64,000 bases of DNA, taken from Thalassobaculaceae bacterium (GTDB taxonomy: Bacteria; Pseudomonadota; Alphaproteobacteria; Thalassobaculales; Thalassobaculaceae). Under the pieces are notes generated by a model. The model was not told the origin of the DNA. It did no database searches and saw only the letters and a list, made by a program, of their open reading frames with translations. Positions 56,034 to 64,000 of this stretch are shown here, one piece after another; within the stretch, counting starts at the first letter, position 1, and the number at the start of each line of letters is the position of its first letter. The position numbers and the translations under genes are program-made. The stretch is taken from contig OZ245843.1 in NCBI GenBank assembly GCA_965228875.1, positions 372,001 to 436,000 of the forward strand, in the 5' to 3' direction.

Positions 56034-57275
56034 ATGACCGCACTGACCCGCGTGCACCGCGCCGCACTGGGAGCGGGGGCCGGCATGATCGCCGGCCTCG
56101 CGCTCGCCGTACCCGCCGCCCCCTCCGTTGCCGGCGATCTCGATCTCTCAGGCTCGCTGCAGCTTGAGACGCGGTTCTTTCCCAGCGACCCGGCCTACGC
56201 CGGACAGACCGATGCGGCGGTCTCGCCGTCGGTCGCCGTCGAGCCGGAACTGATCTACGACACCGACTCCCGCGACGACCGGTTCACTCTCGTCCCCTTC
56301 GCCCGCCTCGACGCGCACGACGACCGGCGCACCCATGTCGACCTGCGCGAGGCCAACTGGCTGCATTTCGGCGACGGCTACGATCTCGTCGTCGGCATCG
56401 ACAAGGTGTTCTGGGGGGTGGCCGAATCGCGCCACCTAGTCGACATCGTCAACCAGAGCGACCTGGTCGAGGATATCGATCTGGAGGACAAGCTGGGTCA
56501 ACCCATGGTCCAGCTACAGGTCGACACCGATCTCGGCGTGTTCCGCGGATTCGTGATGCCGTATTTCCGCGAGCGCACGTTTCCGGCCGACAACGGCCGC
56601 CTGCGCGGGCCGCTGCCGATCGCCGACGACGCCGTCTATCAGTCCGATGCCGAGGAGTTCCATCCCGACCTCGCGTTGCGCTGGTCGGACACGATCGGCG
56701 ATTTCGACGTGGGCGTGTCGCATTTCCACGGCACCGGCCGCGAGCCGCGCCTTGTCGCCACCAGCCGTGCCGGTGCGATCGAATTGGTGCCGACCTACGA
56801 CCTGATCGACCAGACCGGCGTCGACGTCCAGTACACCACCGATGCCTGGCTCTGGAAATTCGAGGGCATCGGTCGCGGCGGGCAGGGGGCGTATTTCGTC
56901 GCCGCGGTCGCCGGCTTCGAGTACACGCTCTACCAGGTCGCCGAGAGCGACACTGACCTCGGATTGCTGCTCGAATACCTGTACGACGGTCGCGACGAGG
57001 ATGGCGACGCGCCATCGACGATCTTCCAGAACGACGTCTTCGTCGGCACGCGGCTGACCCTGAACGACGAGCCGGACACCACCTTCCTGGCCGGAGCCAT
57101 CGTCGACGTGGAGGACCGATCCACCTCGCTCTCCCTGGAGGCCAGCCGGCGCCTGGGCAGCGACATGAAGATCGAACTTGAGGCCCGGATGTTCCCCAGG
57201 GTCGAGCCCGACAGCGGCCTCTACGGCATCCGTCGGGACAATCAGGTGACGCTTCGACTCAGCCGGTTCTTCTGA
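56034..57275 (+). CDS. Putative outer-membrane beta-barrel protein
   Basis: Signal peptide, amphipathic strands, DLREA, VGIDKVFWG, C-terminal Phe (LRLSRFF). Confidence 0.72.
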   Translation: MTALTRVHRAALGAGAGMIAGLALAVPAAPSVAGDLDLSGSLQLETRFFPSDPAYAGQTDAAVSPSVAVEPELIYDTDSRDDRFTLVPFARLDAHDDRRTHVDLREANWLHFGDGYDLVVGIDKVFWGVAESRHLVDIVNQSDLVEDIDLEDKLGQPMVQLQVDTDLGVFRGFVMPYFRERTFPADNGRLRGPLPIADDAVYQSDAEEFHPDLALRWSDTIGDFDVGVSHFHGTGREPRLVATSRAGAIELVPTYDLIDQTGVDVQYTTDAWLWKFEGIGRGGQGAYFVAAVAGFEYTLYQVAESDTDLGLLLEYLYDGRDEDGDAPSTIFQNDVFVGTRLTLNDEPDTTFLAGAIVDVEDRSTSLSLEASRRLGSDMKIELEARMFPRVEPDSGLYGIRRDNQVTLRLSRFF

Positions 57276-57459
57276 CGGGGAACCGAGTGCGGTGGGCGCC
57301 CTCGTTGCTCTTCCGGGTCGCTTTGGTGCGACCGGACAAGGGCTGCTTTGGCTCTGGCGTCGCCCGCGGGTTCCCTGTCAGGATGCCGGATCGACGCTGC
57401 GCCGGCCCTTTGGCCGGAGACGGCGGAAACCCTCATCATACGAACGACAGAGGACCAGC

Positions 57460-58905
57460 ATGCTGCGCAAGACAGACTTCTATATCAACGGAGCATGGGT
57501 TCCCCCGACCGCGCCCAACGACTTCGAGGTCATCAACCCGGCCGACGAGACCGCGTTCGCAGTGATCTCTCTCGGCAGCGAGGCCGATCTCGACAAGGCG
57601 GTCGGTGCGGCCAAGGCCGCTTTCGGCGACTGGAGCCGGACCGCGCGCGACGAGCGCGTGGCTCTGCTGGAGTCGCTCGCGGCCGTCTACGAGCGTCGCG
57701 CCAAGGAGATGGCCGAGGCGATCTCCAGCGAAATGGGCGCGCCCATGAAGCTGGCGGTCAACGCCCAGGCGGCTGCCGGTCTCGGCCACATCAAGGCGTT
57801 CATCCGCGCCATCCGGGAATTCAGTTTCGAGCACAACCTGCGGGACGACACGCCGGACGAGTACCTCATCCACGAACCGATCGGCGTCTGCGGCCTCATC
57901 ACGCCGTGGAACTGGCCGATGAACCAGGTCACCCTCAAGGTGGTCCCGGCGGTCGGCGTCGGCTGCACCGTGGTTCTGAAGCCGTCGGAGATCGCGCCGA
58001 TCTCGTCGCTCCTGTTCGCCGAGTTCATGGATGAGGCCGGGTTCCCCAAGGGCGTGTTCAACCTGGTGAACGGCGACGGACCGAGCGTGGGCGAGGCGAT
58101 GAGCCGGCACCCCGACATCGACATGATGAGCTTCACCGGCTCGACGCGCGCCGGCATCGCCGTGACCAAGGCCTCGGCCGACACGGTGAAGCGCGTGGCG
58201 CTGGAACTCGGCGGCAAGGGGGCGAACATCGTCTTCGCCGACTGTGACGTGCAGAAGGCGGTGAAGCGCGGCGCGCTGCACTGCTTCAACAACTCCGGCC
58301 AGTCCTGCAACGCCCCGACCCGCATGCTGGTCGAGCGCTCGGTCTATGACGACGCGGTCGAGGTCGCCCGGGCGACGGCGGAGAGCACGGCCGTCGGCCT
58401 GCCGAGCGAGGACGGCAACCACATCGGTCCGGTGGTCTCCGAGATCCAATTCAAGAAGATCCAGGATCTGATCCAGGCCGGCATCGACGAAGGGGCACGC
58501 CTGGTCGCCGGCGGCACCGGCCGCCCGGAGGGCTTCAACCGCGGCTACTTCGTGCGTCCCACGGTGTTCGCCGACGTGAACAACGACATGCGGATCGCCC
58601 GCGAGGAGATCTTCGGTCCGGTTCTGTCCATGATCCCGTTCGATGCCGAGGACGAGGCCGTCGCCATTTCGAACGACACCAGCTACGGCCTGACCGACTA
58701 CGTGCAGAGCGGCGACAGCGCGCGCACCCAGCGTGTCGCCCGCCAGCTCCGTGCCGGCATGGTCCAGGTCAACGGCGCCGGCCGCGCCCCGGGCAGTCCG
58801 TTCGGCGGCTACAAGCAGTCCGGCAACGGCCGCGAGGGCGGCAGCCATGGCCTGATGGAGTTCCTGGAGGTCAAGGCGGTGTCGGGCTGGACCACCACCA
58901 GCTGA
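57460..58905 (+). CDS. NAD-dependent aldehyde dehydrogenase
   Basis: ITPWNWP, LKPSE, SFTGST, LELGGK, SGQSCNAP (catalytic Cys), EEIFGPV, PFGGYKQSGNGREG. Confidence 0.94.
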   Translation: MLRKTDFYINGAWVPPTAPNDFEVINPADETAFAVISLGSEADLDKAVGAAKAAFGDWSRTARDERVALLESLAAVYERRAKEMAEAISSEMGAPMKLAVNAQAAAGLGHIKAFIRAIREFSFEHNLRDDTPDEYLIHEPIGVCGLITPWNWPMNQVTLKVVPAVGVGCTVVLKPSEIAPISSLLFAEFMDEAGFPKGVFNLVNGDGPSVGEAMSRHPDIDMMSFTGSTRAGIAVTKASADTVKRVALELGGKGANIVFADCDVQKAVKRGALHCFNNSGQSCNAPTRMLVERSVYDDAVEVARATAESTAVGLPSEDGNHIGPVVSEIQFKKIQDLIQAGIDEGARLVAGGTGRPEGFNRGYFVRPTVFADVNNDMRIAREEIFGPVLSMIPFDAEDEAVAISNDTSYGLTDYVQSGDSARTQRVARQLRAGMVQVNGAGRAPGSPFGGYKQSGNGREGGSHGLMEFLEVKAVSGWTTTS

Positions 58906-58934
58906 GTGCCGGTACCGGCCGCAGCCAACAAAAT

Positions 58935-58967
58935 GACGCCGGCGGGGCAATGAGCCTCGCCGGCGTC
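58935..58967. terminator. Hairpin between convergent genes, probable bidirectional terminator
   Basis: GACGCCGGCGGGGC-AATGA-GCCTCGCCGGCGTC flanked by AAAA and TTT. Confidence 0.65.
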
Positions 58968-58995
58968 GGCATTTCTGGGCGACGGAGGGCGCGCC

Positions 58996-60261
58996 CTACT
59001 GCTTCATGCCGAGCTTGCCGCGCACGGTCTCGGCCAGGGCCTCGATCGTGGCCTTCGGCTCGGCACCTTCGGAGATCTCGACCAGGGCGGCGCCGATCAG
59101 GTCGGTGACGGCCACGCCCTCGGAACCCGGATAGGCGTACCAGGGACCGGCATGGTTGGCGACCTGGCGGTGGGCGACCCGGGCATTCCGGTTGGCTTCG
59201 TAGAAGGCGCCGAGATAGGAGTCGTCTTCGAGCACGATGGTGTTGGTCGGCGCGTAGCCGGTGTTCTCGACGATGATCTTGGCACCTTCGGGGCCGGTGA
59301 CGAAGCGCATGTACTTCCACACCGCCTCCTGGACCTCCTTGTCCTCGGCCAGCATGACCAGGGCGGAACCGCCGGTCGGGAAGTAGGCCTTGGACGTGTC
59401 CTCGACAACGACCGGCGTCGGCAGGACGGTCACCTCGAACCGGTCGCCGGCGGACTCGGTGAACTTGTTCAGCAGCGACGAGCTCTCGAAGAAAATGCCG
59501 AGCGTGCCGGCCGGATAGGCCTGGCGGGCGTCGTTCTGGCCGTAGGTCGGCATGCCGCCTTCGGTGTAGAAGCGGCTGTACAGGGTAGCGGCGGCGACGC
59601 CGGCGTCGCTGTCGAAGGTGATATCGCTCTCGTCGGCGTTCAGCGGACGGCCGCCATGGGAGCCGAGCAGGCCCTGGAAGCGCCAATCGTGACGGCCGAT
59701 CCAGATGCCCTCCACGTCGTCACCGAGCGCGTCGATTTTCGCGGCGAGCTCGATGATGCCGTCGAAGGTCTTCGGGAACTCGGCCATCGAGCCACCGGCG
59801 CGTTCCACGAGATCCGGATTGACGTACATCACCATGGTCGAGGCGGAGGTGCCCAGCGCATGCTGCTTGCCCTGATACTGGCCGAGCGAGCGGATGGCCG
59901 GCGAATAGCCCGCTTTCTCGAAGGCAGCGGCGTCGCCGATGAAGCCGTCGACCGGACGGGTCAGGCCGCGGGCCTCGAGGATGCGCCAGCGGTTCAGGCC
60001 GACGAAGGCGACGTCCGGCAGGGTACCGGCGACCGCCTCGCGCAGCAGACGCTGCACACCGTCGGCATAGCTCTCGGCGGGGCCGTCGATGGTGACCTTG
60101 ATGTCGGGATTGGCCTTCATGAAGGCTTCGGCCAGCTTGTCCTGGGTGTCGGCCCAGATCGTCGGAATGGCGTAGTGGACGCGGATGTCGGTCGCGTGTG
60201 CCGTGGTCGCCGCGAGCGTCAGGCCCAGGGCGGCAAGGGCGGACGTGAGGGTCAGTCTCAT
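58996..60261 (-). CDS. CUT1/UgpB-like ABC substrate-binding protein
   Basis: Signal peptide; FMKANPDIKV, LPDVA, MYVNPDL, PTGGSA, WKYMRF, TGYAP. Confidence 0.88.
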   Translation of the reverse strand: MRLTLTSALAALGLTLAATTAHATDIRVHYAIPTIWADTQDKLAEAFMKANPDIKVTIDGPAESYADGVQRLLREAVAGTLPDVAFVGLNRWRILEARGLTRPVDGFIGDAAAFEKAGYSPAIRSLGQYQGKQHALGTSASTMVMYVNPDLVERAGGSMAEFPKTFDGIIELAAKIDALGDDVEGIWIGRHDWRFQGLLGSHGGRPLNADESDITFDSDAGVAAATLYSRFYTEGGMPTYGQNDARQAYPAGTLGIFFESSSLLNKFTESAGDRFEVTVLPTPVVVEDTSKAYFPTGGSALVMLAEDKEVQEAVWKYMRFVTGPEGAKIIVENTGYAPTNTIVLEDDSYLGAFYEANRNARVAHRQVANHAGPWYAYPGSEGVAVTDLIGAALVEISEGAEPKATIEALAETVRGKLGMKQ

Positions 60262-60334
60262 CTGAGGAACTCCGTCTGGTTGGGGACGAGGTCGGTGGAG
60301 AAACCGTCTTGCCGGCGGTCTTCTTGTTGTCGGG

Positions 60335-61174
60335 TCATCCGCGCAGACCTCCCGAGGCGACGCCGCGCATGAAGGTCCGTTGGGCCAGCAGGAACAGGAT
60401 CACCAGCGGCGCGGTCACGATGACCGAGCCGGCCATCAGCGGACCGAGATCGGTTCCGGCCTCCTCGTCGCGGAAATACAGGATGCCCCGCGGCGGCGTG
60501 GCGATCTCCGGCGACGTCGTGGCGATCAGCGGCCAGAACAGGTCGTTCCAGTGGGCGGTGACCGAGAAGACGGCGAACGCGGTCGCGGCCGGCCATGCCA
60601 GGGGAAGGGCGATGCGCCAGACGATCGCTGCCTCGGACAGCCCGTCGACCCGGGCGGCGTCGAACAGCGCGGCCGGCAGGCGGGCGAAGAACTGACGAAA
60701 CAGGAAGATGCCGAAGACGGAAGCGACAAAGGGCAGGATCAGCGCGGTGTAGGTATCCAGCAGGCGCAGTTTCGCAAGGCCGATGAAGATCGGGATCGCG
60801 GTGACGTGGAACGGCACGAGCAGTCCCGCCAGGACGCAGCCGAACAGCAGCGTGCGGCCCGGAAACCGGCGGTGCGCCAGGGCATAGGCGCAGGGCACGG
60901 TGAACAGGATCTGAAACACGAGGATGCCGACGCAGACGATCACCCCGTTGAGCAGAAAGCGGGCCAGCGGCACCGTGGTCAGCGCCGTGGCGTAGTTCTC
61001 CCAGGCGAACCGGTTCGGGATGAGGTGGACGTCGGAGGTGAAGATCTCGTCCGCCGGCTTGAGCGAGACCGAGAGCATCCACAGGAACGGCGCAAGCACG
61101 ATCAGGGCGCCGACGATCAGGAGCAGGGTGCCGACCGCGCGAGAGGTCGGAATGGGGCGCGATCGAACGGTCAT
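60335..61174 (-). CDS. CUT1 ABC permease, UgpE/MalG-like
   Basis: PFLWMLSVSLK, WENY, FLFRQFF, DAARVDG, HWNDLFWPL. Confidence 0.9.
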   Translation of the reverse strand: MTVRSRPIPTSRAVGTLLLIVGALIVLAPFLWMLSVSLKPADEIFTSDVHLIPNRFAWENYATALTTVPLARFLLNGVIVCVGILVFQILFTVPCAYALAHRRFPGRTLLFGCVLAGLLVPFHVTAIPIFIGLAKLRLLDTYTALILPFVASVFGIFLFRQFFARLPAALFDAARVDGLSEAAIVWRIALPLAWPAATAFAVFSVTAHWNDLFWPLIATTSPEIATPPRGILYFRDEEAGTDLGPLMAGSVIVTAPLVILFLLAQRTFMRGVASGGLRG

Positions 61175-62076
61175 CGGTAGTGAACCCGCTTCTGCAGCAG
61201 CCCGTACTGGGCGAAAGTCAGCAGGGCGACGCACAAGAAGAACACCACCGTGATCGCCGAGGCGTAGCCGACCTTGAAGTAGACGAACCCCTCCCGGTAG
61301 AGCGCGTAGACGAGCGTGTCGGAGGCGAAGGCGGGCCCGCCCCGGGTCAGGGCGGCGACGGTCTCGAACACGCGGAACCCGGTGGTCGCCGTGATGACGG
61401 CCACGAACAGCGTGGTCGGACCGAGCATCGGCCAGGTCACGGTCCAGAACCGGCTCCACCCACTCGCCACGCCGTCGACCTCGGCGGCGTCGTAGAGGTG
61501 GCGGGGGATGACGGCGAGCCCCGCGAGAAACAGGACCATGTTGTAGCCGACGGTCTGCCAGATCCCGATCAGGGCCAGGGTGTAGATCACCAGGCCGCGA
61601 TCGGAGAACCACGCGGGGGCCGGCAAGCCGAGGCCGACCAGGGTCATGTTGACCAGGCCGATGGAGGGGTGCAGCAGCATCTGCCAGGCCAGGGCCATGG
61701 CCACGAGCGTTGCCGCCACCGGCAGGAAATAGGCCGCCCGCAGGATCCGCGACAGCGTCGGCGACCACATGGCCATCTCGTGCAGGCCGAGCGCCACCAG
61801 CAGGGCCAGCACGATCGAGGCCGGCACCATGACGCCGACATAGATCAGCGTGTTGGTGATCGCCCGCCGTCCGATCGGGTCGGTGAACAGGGTGACGTAC
61901 TGGTCCAGGCCAACCCAGGTCACGTGCCGGTCGCCGAGCTGGTAGTCGGTGAAGGACAGGGCGAACACCGCCAGTACTGGCAGGAAGATCAGCACGGCGA
62001 GGACCAGCGTCGTCGGTCCGGCCAGATAGAGGTCGGTCAGCCCCTCCCGCCAGGCGCGCGTCGACAGCCGCTTCAT
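61171..62076 (-). CDS. CUT1 ABC permease, UgpA/MalF-like
   Basis: LSFTDY, WVGLDQY, WQTVGYNMVLFLAGL, YDAAEVDG, GYASA. Confidence 0.9.
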   Translation of the reverse strand: MKRLSTRAWREGLTDLYLAGPTTLVLAVLIFLPVLAVFALSFTDYQLGDRHVTWVGLDQYVTLFTDPIGRRAITNTLIYVGVMVPASIVLALLVALGLHEMAMWSPTLSRILRAAYFLPVAATLVAMALAWQMLLHPSIGLVNMTLVGLGLPAPAWFSDRGLVIYTLALIGIWQTVGYNMVLFLAGLAVIPRHLYDAAEVDGVASGWSRFWTVTWPMLGPTTLFVAVITATTGFRVFETVAALTRGGPAFASDTLVYALYREGFVYFKVGYASAITVVFFLCVALLTFAQYGLLQKRVHYR

Positions 62077-63236
62077 CGCGGGCCCCCGGCGGTGACGTCG
62101 AGCCGGACGCCCGTGCCGGCATCGAACACATGGAGGTGTTCGGGCCGGCTGGCGAGCGCCACCCGGTCTCCGGCACCGACCGGGCGTTCGCGCTCTCCGT
62201 CCTGGGCGTCCTGCAGCACGTCGACCGGGGCATCGAATCCGTCGACGCGCACCGTCACCAGAGTGTCGCGGCCGTGATACTCGAGGCGTTCCACCGTCCC
62301 CTCGGCTAATCCTTCGCCGCTTCGCGTGGCGATCCGCAGGTGTTCCGGGCGAATGCCGAGCGCGACGCCGCCGACGTTGCGCTCGACGGCGATGCCGAGG
62401 CGGGACATCGGGTGCGTGGCGTCGCCGCCAGGCGCGGGCAGATCGATCAGGTTCATGGGATGGGCGCCGATGAAGGCGGCGACATCGCGGGTCGCCGGCC
62501 GCTCGTAGAGGGCGCGGGGCGGGCCGTCCTGGATCACCCGGCCGGCCAGCATCAGCAGGACCCGGTCGGCCATGGTCATCGCCTCGGTCTGATCGTGGGT
62601 GACATAGACGAAGGCTTTGCCGGAACGGCGGTGCAGGGCCGAGAGCTCGGCCCGCATCTGGATCCGCAGCTTGGCGTCGAGGTTGGAGAGCGGCTCGTCC
62701 AGCAGGAACAGCGCCGGATCGCGCACCAGCGCGCGGCCGACGGCCACCCGCTGCTGCTGGCCGCCGGACAGGGCGCCGGGTTTGCGCTCGAGCAGGCTCT
62801 CGATCTCGAGCATCCGGGCGATCGCCGTCACCCGCTCGGCGATCGACGCGCGCTTGGCGCGGACGCCGGGCAGCAGGGTTCCGACGGCGGGAAGCCGCTC
62901 GAACGCACCGCACTCGCGCATCACCAGGGGCAGGGCGATGTTCTGGGCGACGGTCAGGTGCGGGTAGAGGGCGTAGGACTGGAACACCATGGCGATGTTC
63001 CGCATCGCCGGCGTGTCGTCGGTGACGTCGCGTCCACCCATGTGCACCGTTCCGGACGTCGGCCTGTCGAGGCCGGCCATGAGCCGCAGCGTCGTCGACT
63101 TGCCGCAGCCCGACGGGCCGAGGATCGCCGTGAACTGCCCGTCGGCCACCGCCAGCGAGAGATCGGTCAGAATCCGGTTGCCACCCAGCGTCTGACTGAC
63201 CTGGCGGAGATCGAGGATGTCGTTTGAGGGTGCCAA
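62073..63236 (-). CDS. CUT1 ABC ATP-binding protein, UgpC/MalK-like
   Basis: GPSGCGKST, MVFQSYALYPH, LSGGQQQR, DEPLSNLDAKLR, YVTHDQ; TTG start chosen but uncertain. Confidence 0.9.
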   Translation of the reverse strand: MAPSNDILDLRQVSQTLGGNRILTDLSLAVADGQFTAILGPSGCGKSTTLRLMAGLDRPTSGTVHMGGRDVTDDTPAMRNIAMVFQSYALYPHLTVAQNIALPLVMRECGAFERLPAVGTLLPGVRAKRASIAERVTAIARMLEIESLLERKPGALSGGQQQRVAVGRALVRDPALFLLDEPLSNLDAKLRIQMRAELSALHRRSGKAFVYVTHDQTEAMTMADRVLLMLAGRVIQDGPPRALYERPATRDVAAFIGAHPMNLIDLPAPGGDATHPMSRLGIAVERNVGGVALGIRPEHLRIATRSGEGLAEGTVERLEYHGRDTLVTVRVDGFDAPVDVLQDAQDGERERPVGAGDRVALASRPEHLHVFDAGTGVRLDVTAGGPR

Positions 63237-63290
63237 GTCCGCCCTTTCAGATCGCCCGATTTTGCTCGGGTTTGTGGTTCGTGGATGTAA

Positions 63291-63332
63291 GTTATCTTCT
63301 GATAACATATCACAATGTAATATTTATGACGC
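63291..63332 (-). promoter_or_regulatory. AT-rich promoter of the Ugp-like operon with a Pho-box-like direct repeat and a 6-4-6 palindrome
   Basis: Minus strand GCGTCAT-AAAT-ATTACAT (63332-63315) resembles CTGTCAT-N4-CTGTCAY; GTTATC-TTCT-GATAAC at 63291-63306. Confidence 0.45.
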
Positions 63333-63354
63333 GTCTTCGATTTCCGGCCGACGA

Positions 63355-64000
63355 TCACCCCGGTGACGGGTGGCCGCCGCCGGAGAGCAGGTGATCGGCG
63401 ACAATGGCCGCCGCCGCGTCCGCATCCGCGGCCTGCACGACGCCTGGCAGTGCCGCCGTGTCAGGAAGGACGACGACGAGGCGTCCGAAGTGCAGGCCGT
63501 AGGCGATTTCCGTCATTGTTCCGGTCGATCCGCCGACGGCGATCAGCGCGGTGGAGGATCGGGCGATCACGACGTTGCGGGCCTCGCGCAGGCCAGTGGC
63601 GATCGGCACCAGGATGTCGGGGTTGGCCGCCTGCCACTCGGAGTCCGGCAGCAGTCCGACGGTCAAGCCTCCAGCCTGTCTGGCCCCGGCGGCTGCAGCG
63701 GCCATGACGCCGGTCTTGCCGCCACACACGGTCGTCAGGCCCATCCGCGCGACGGCGGCGCCCACGGAGAAGGCGGCGGTTTCCTGGGTCTCTGTCGCGT
63801 CGCGCGGACCGATGACGCCGACGGGGAGGGGGCGTAACACGCCGGCGCCCGTCAGCGCACCCAGGGCTGCGGCGGCACCGATCGGACGTGCGTCCTCGGG
63901 GATCGCGGCCGGTGACGCGTTCCAGATCCACTGCCACGGGTCGAACCGCCGGCCGTCTTCGGTGAACAGCGCGCCGTCGCGCTCGGAATACAGAAAGGGG
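63355..64000 (-). CDS. LOG/SLOG-family (TIGR00725-like) Rossmann-fold protein; 5' end runs off the right edge
   Basis: VGVIG, VCGGKTGVMAAAAAGA, VGLLP, IATGLREARN, IAVGGSTGTMTEIAYG; the frame stays open to the window end. Confidence 0.8.
   Translation of the reverse strand, partial: PFLYSERDGALFTEDGRRFDPWQWIWNASPAAIPEDARPIGAAAALGALTGAGVLRPLPVGVIGPRDATETQETAAFSVGAAVARMGLTTVCGGKTGVMAAAAAGARQAGGLTVGLLPDSEWQAANPDILVPIATGLREARNVVIARSSTALIAVGGSTGTMTEIAYGLHFGRLVVVLPDTAALPGVVQAADADAAAAIVADHLLSGGGHPSPG

Overview
This is a GC-rich (roughly 70% by eye), densely coded bacterial window. Its gene content suggests an alphaproteobacterium, probably Rhodospirillales-like (inference). I found no rRNA, tRNA, CRISPR array, transposase or phage gene. 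From left to right it holds: (1) a signalling module made of a membrane PP2C/SpoIIE phosphatase cut by the left edge, an orphan substrate-binding protein and an internally duplicated membrane protein; (2) metC, a LysR regulator, a PuuE-like deacetylase and a Pot-like ABC transporter; (3) an organic-acid catabolic island with two TctABC transporters, two GntR regulators with visible operators, an enolase-superfamily enzyme with an atypical active site, a CoA-transferase, an Ldh_2 reductase, a GarR-like reductase, an HpcH aldolase and an FAH-family enzyme; (4) a three-gene unit encoding a PAS-CPBP fusion that lacks its catalytic glutamates, a cobalamin-dependent radical SAM enzyme and a CFA-family methyltransferase; (5) an RpiR/IolR-type-regulated operon with a cupin, a Liv-type ABC transporter, an extra ATPase lacking the signature motif, a Gfo/Idh/MocA oxidoreductase and an SDR; (6) LysR-ilvD, an NtaA-type monooxygenase and a DUF2189 protein; (7) a tightly coupled six-gene putative glycan-tailoring operon (GT-like, radical SAM/SPASM, GSCFA, FkbM, AsnB, TylF fusion); (8) a TetR-controlled MMPL/LolA-like/outer-membrane barrel system; (9) an aldehyde dehydrogenase, a Ugp-like ABC transporter with a Pho-box-like site, and a LOG/TIGR00725-like gene cut by the right edge. 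The best candidates for undescribed systems are (4) and (7), followed by (1), the extra ATPase in (5), and (8). All family calls come from motif recognition by eye, not database searches. Many start codons were re-picked from the ORF track using RBS position and stop/start overlaps.
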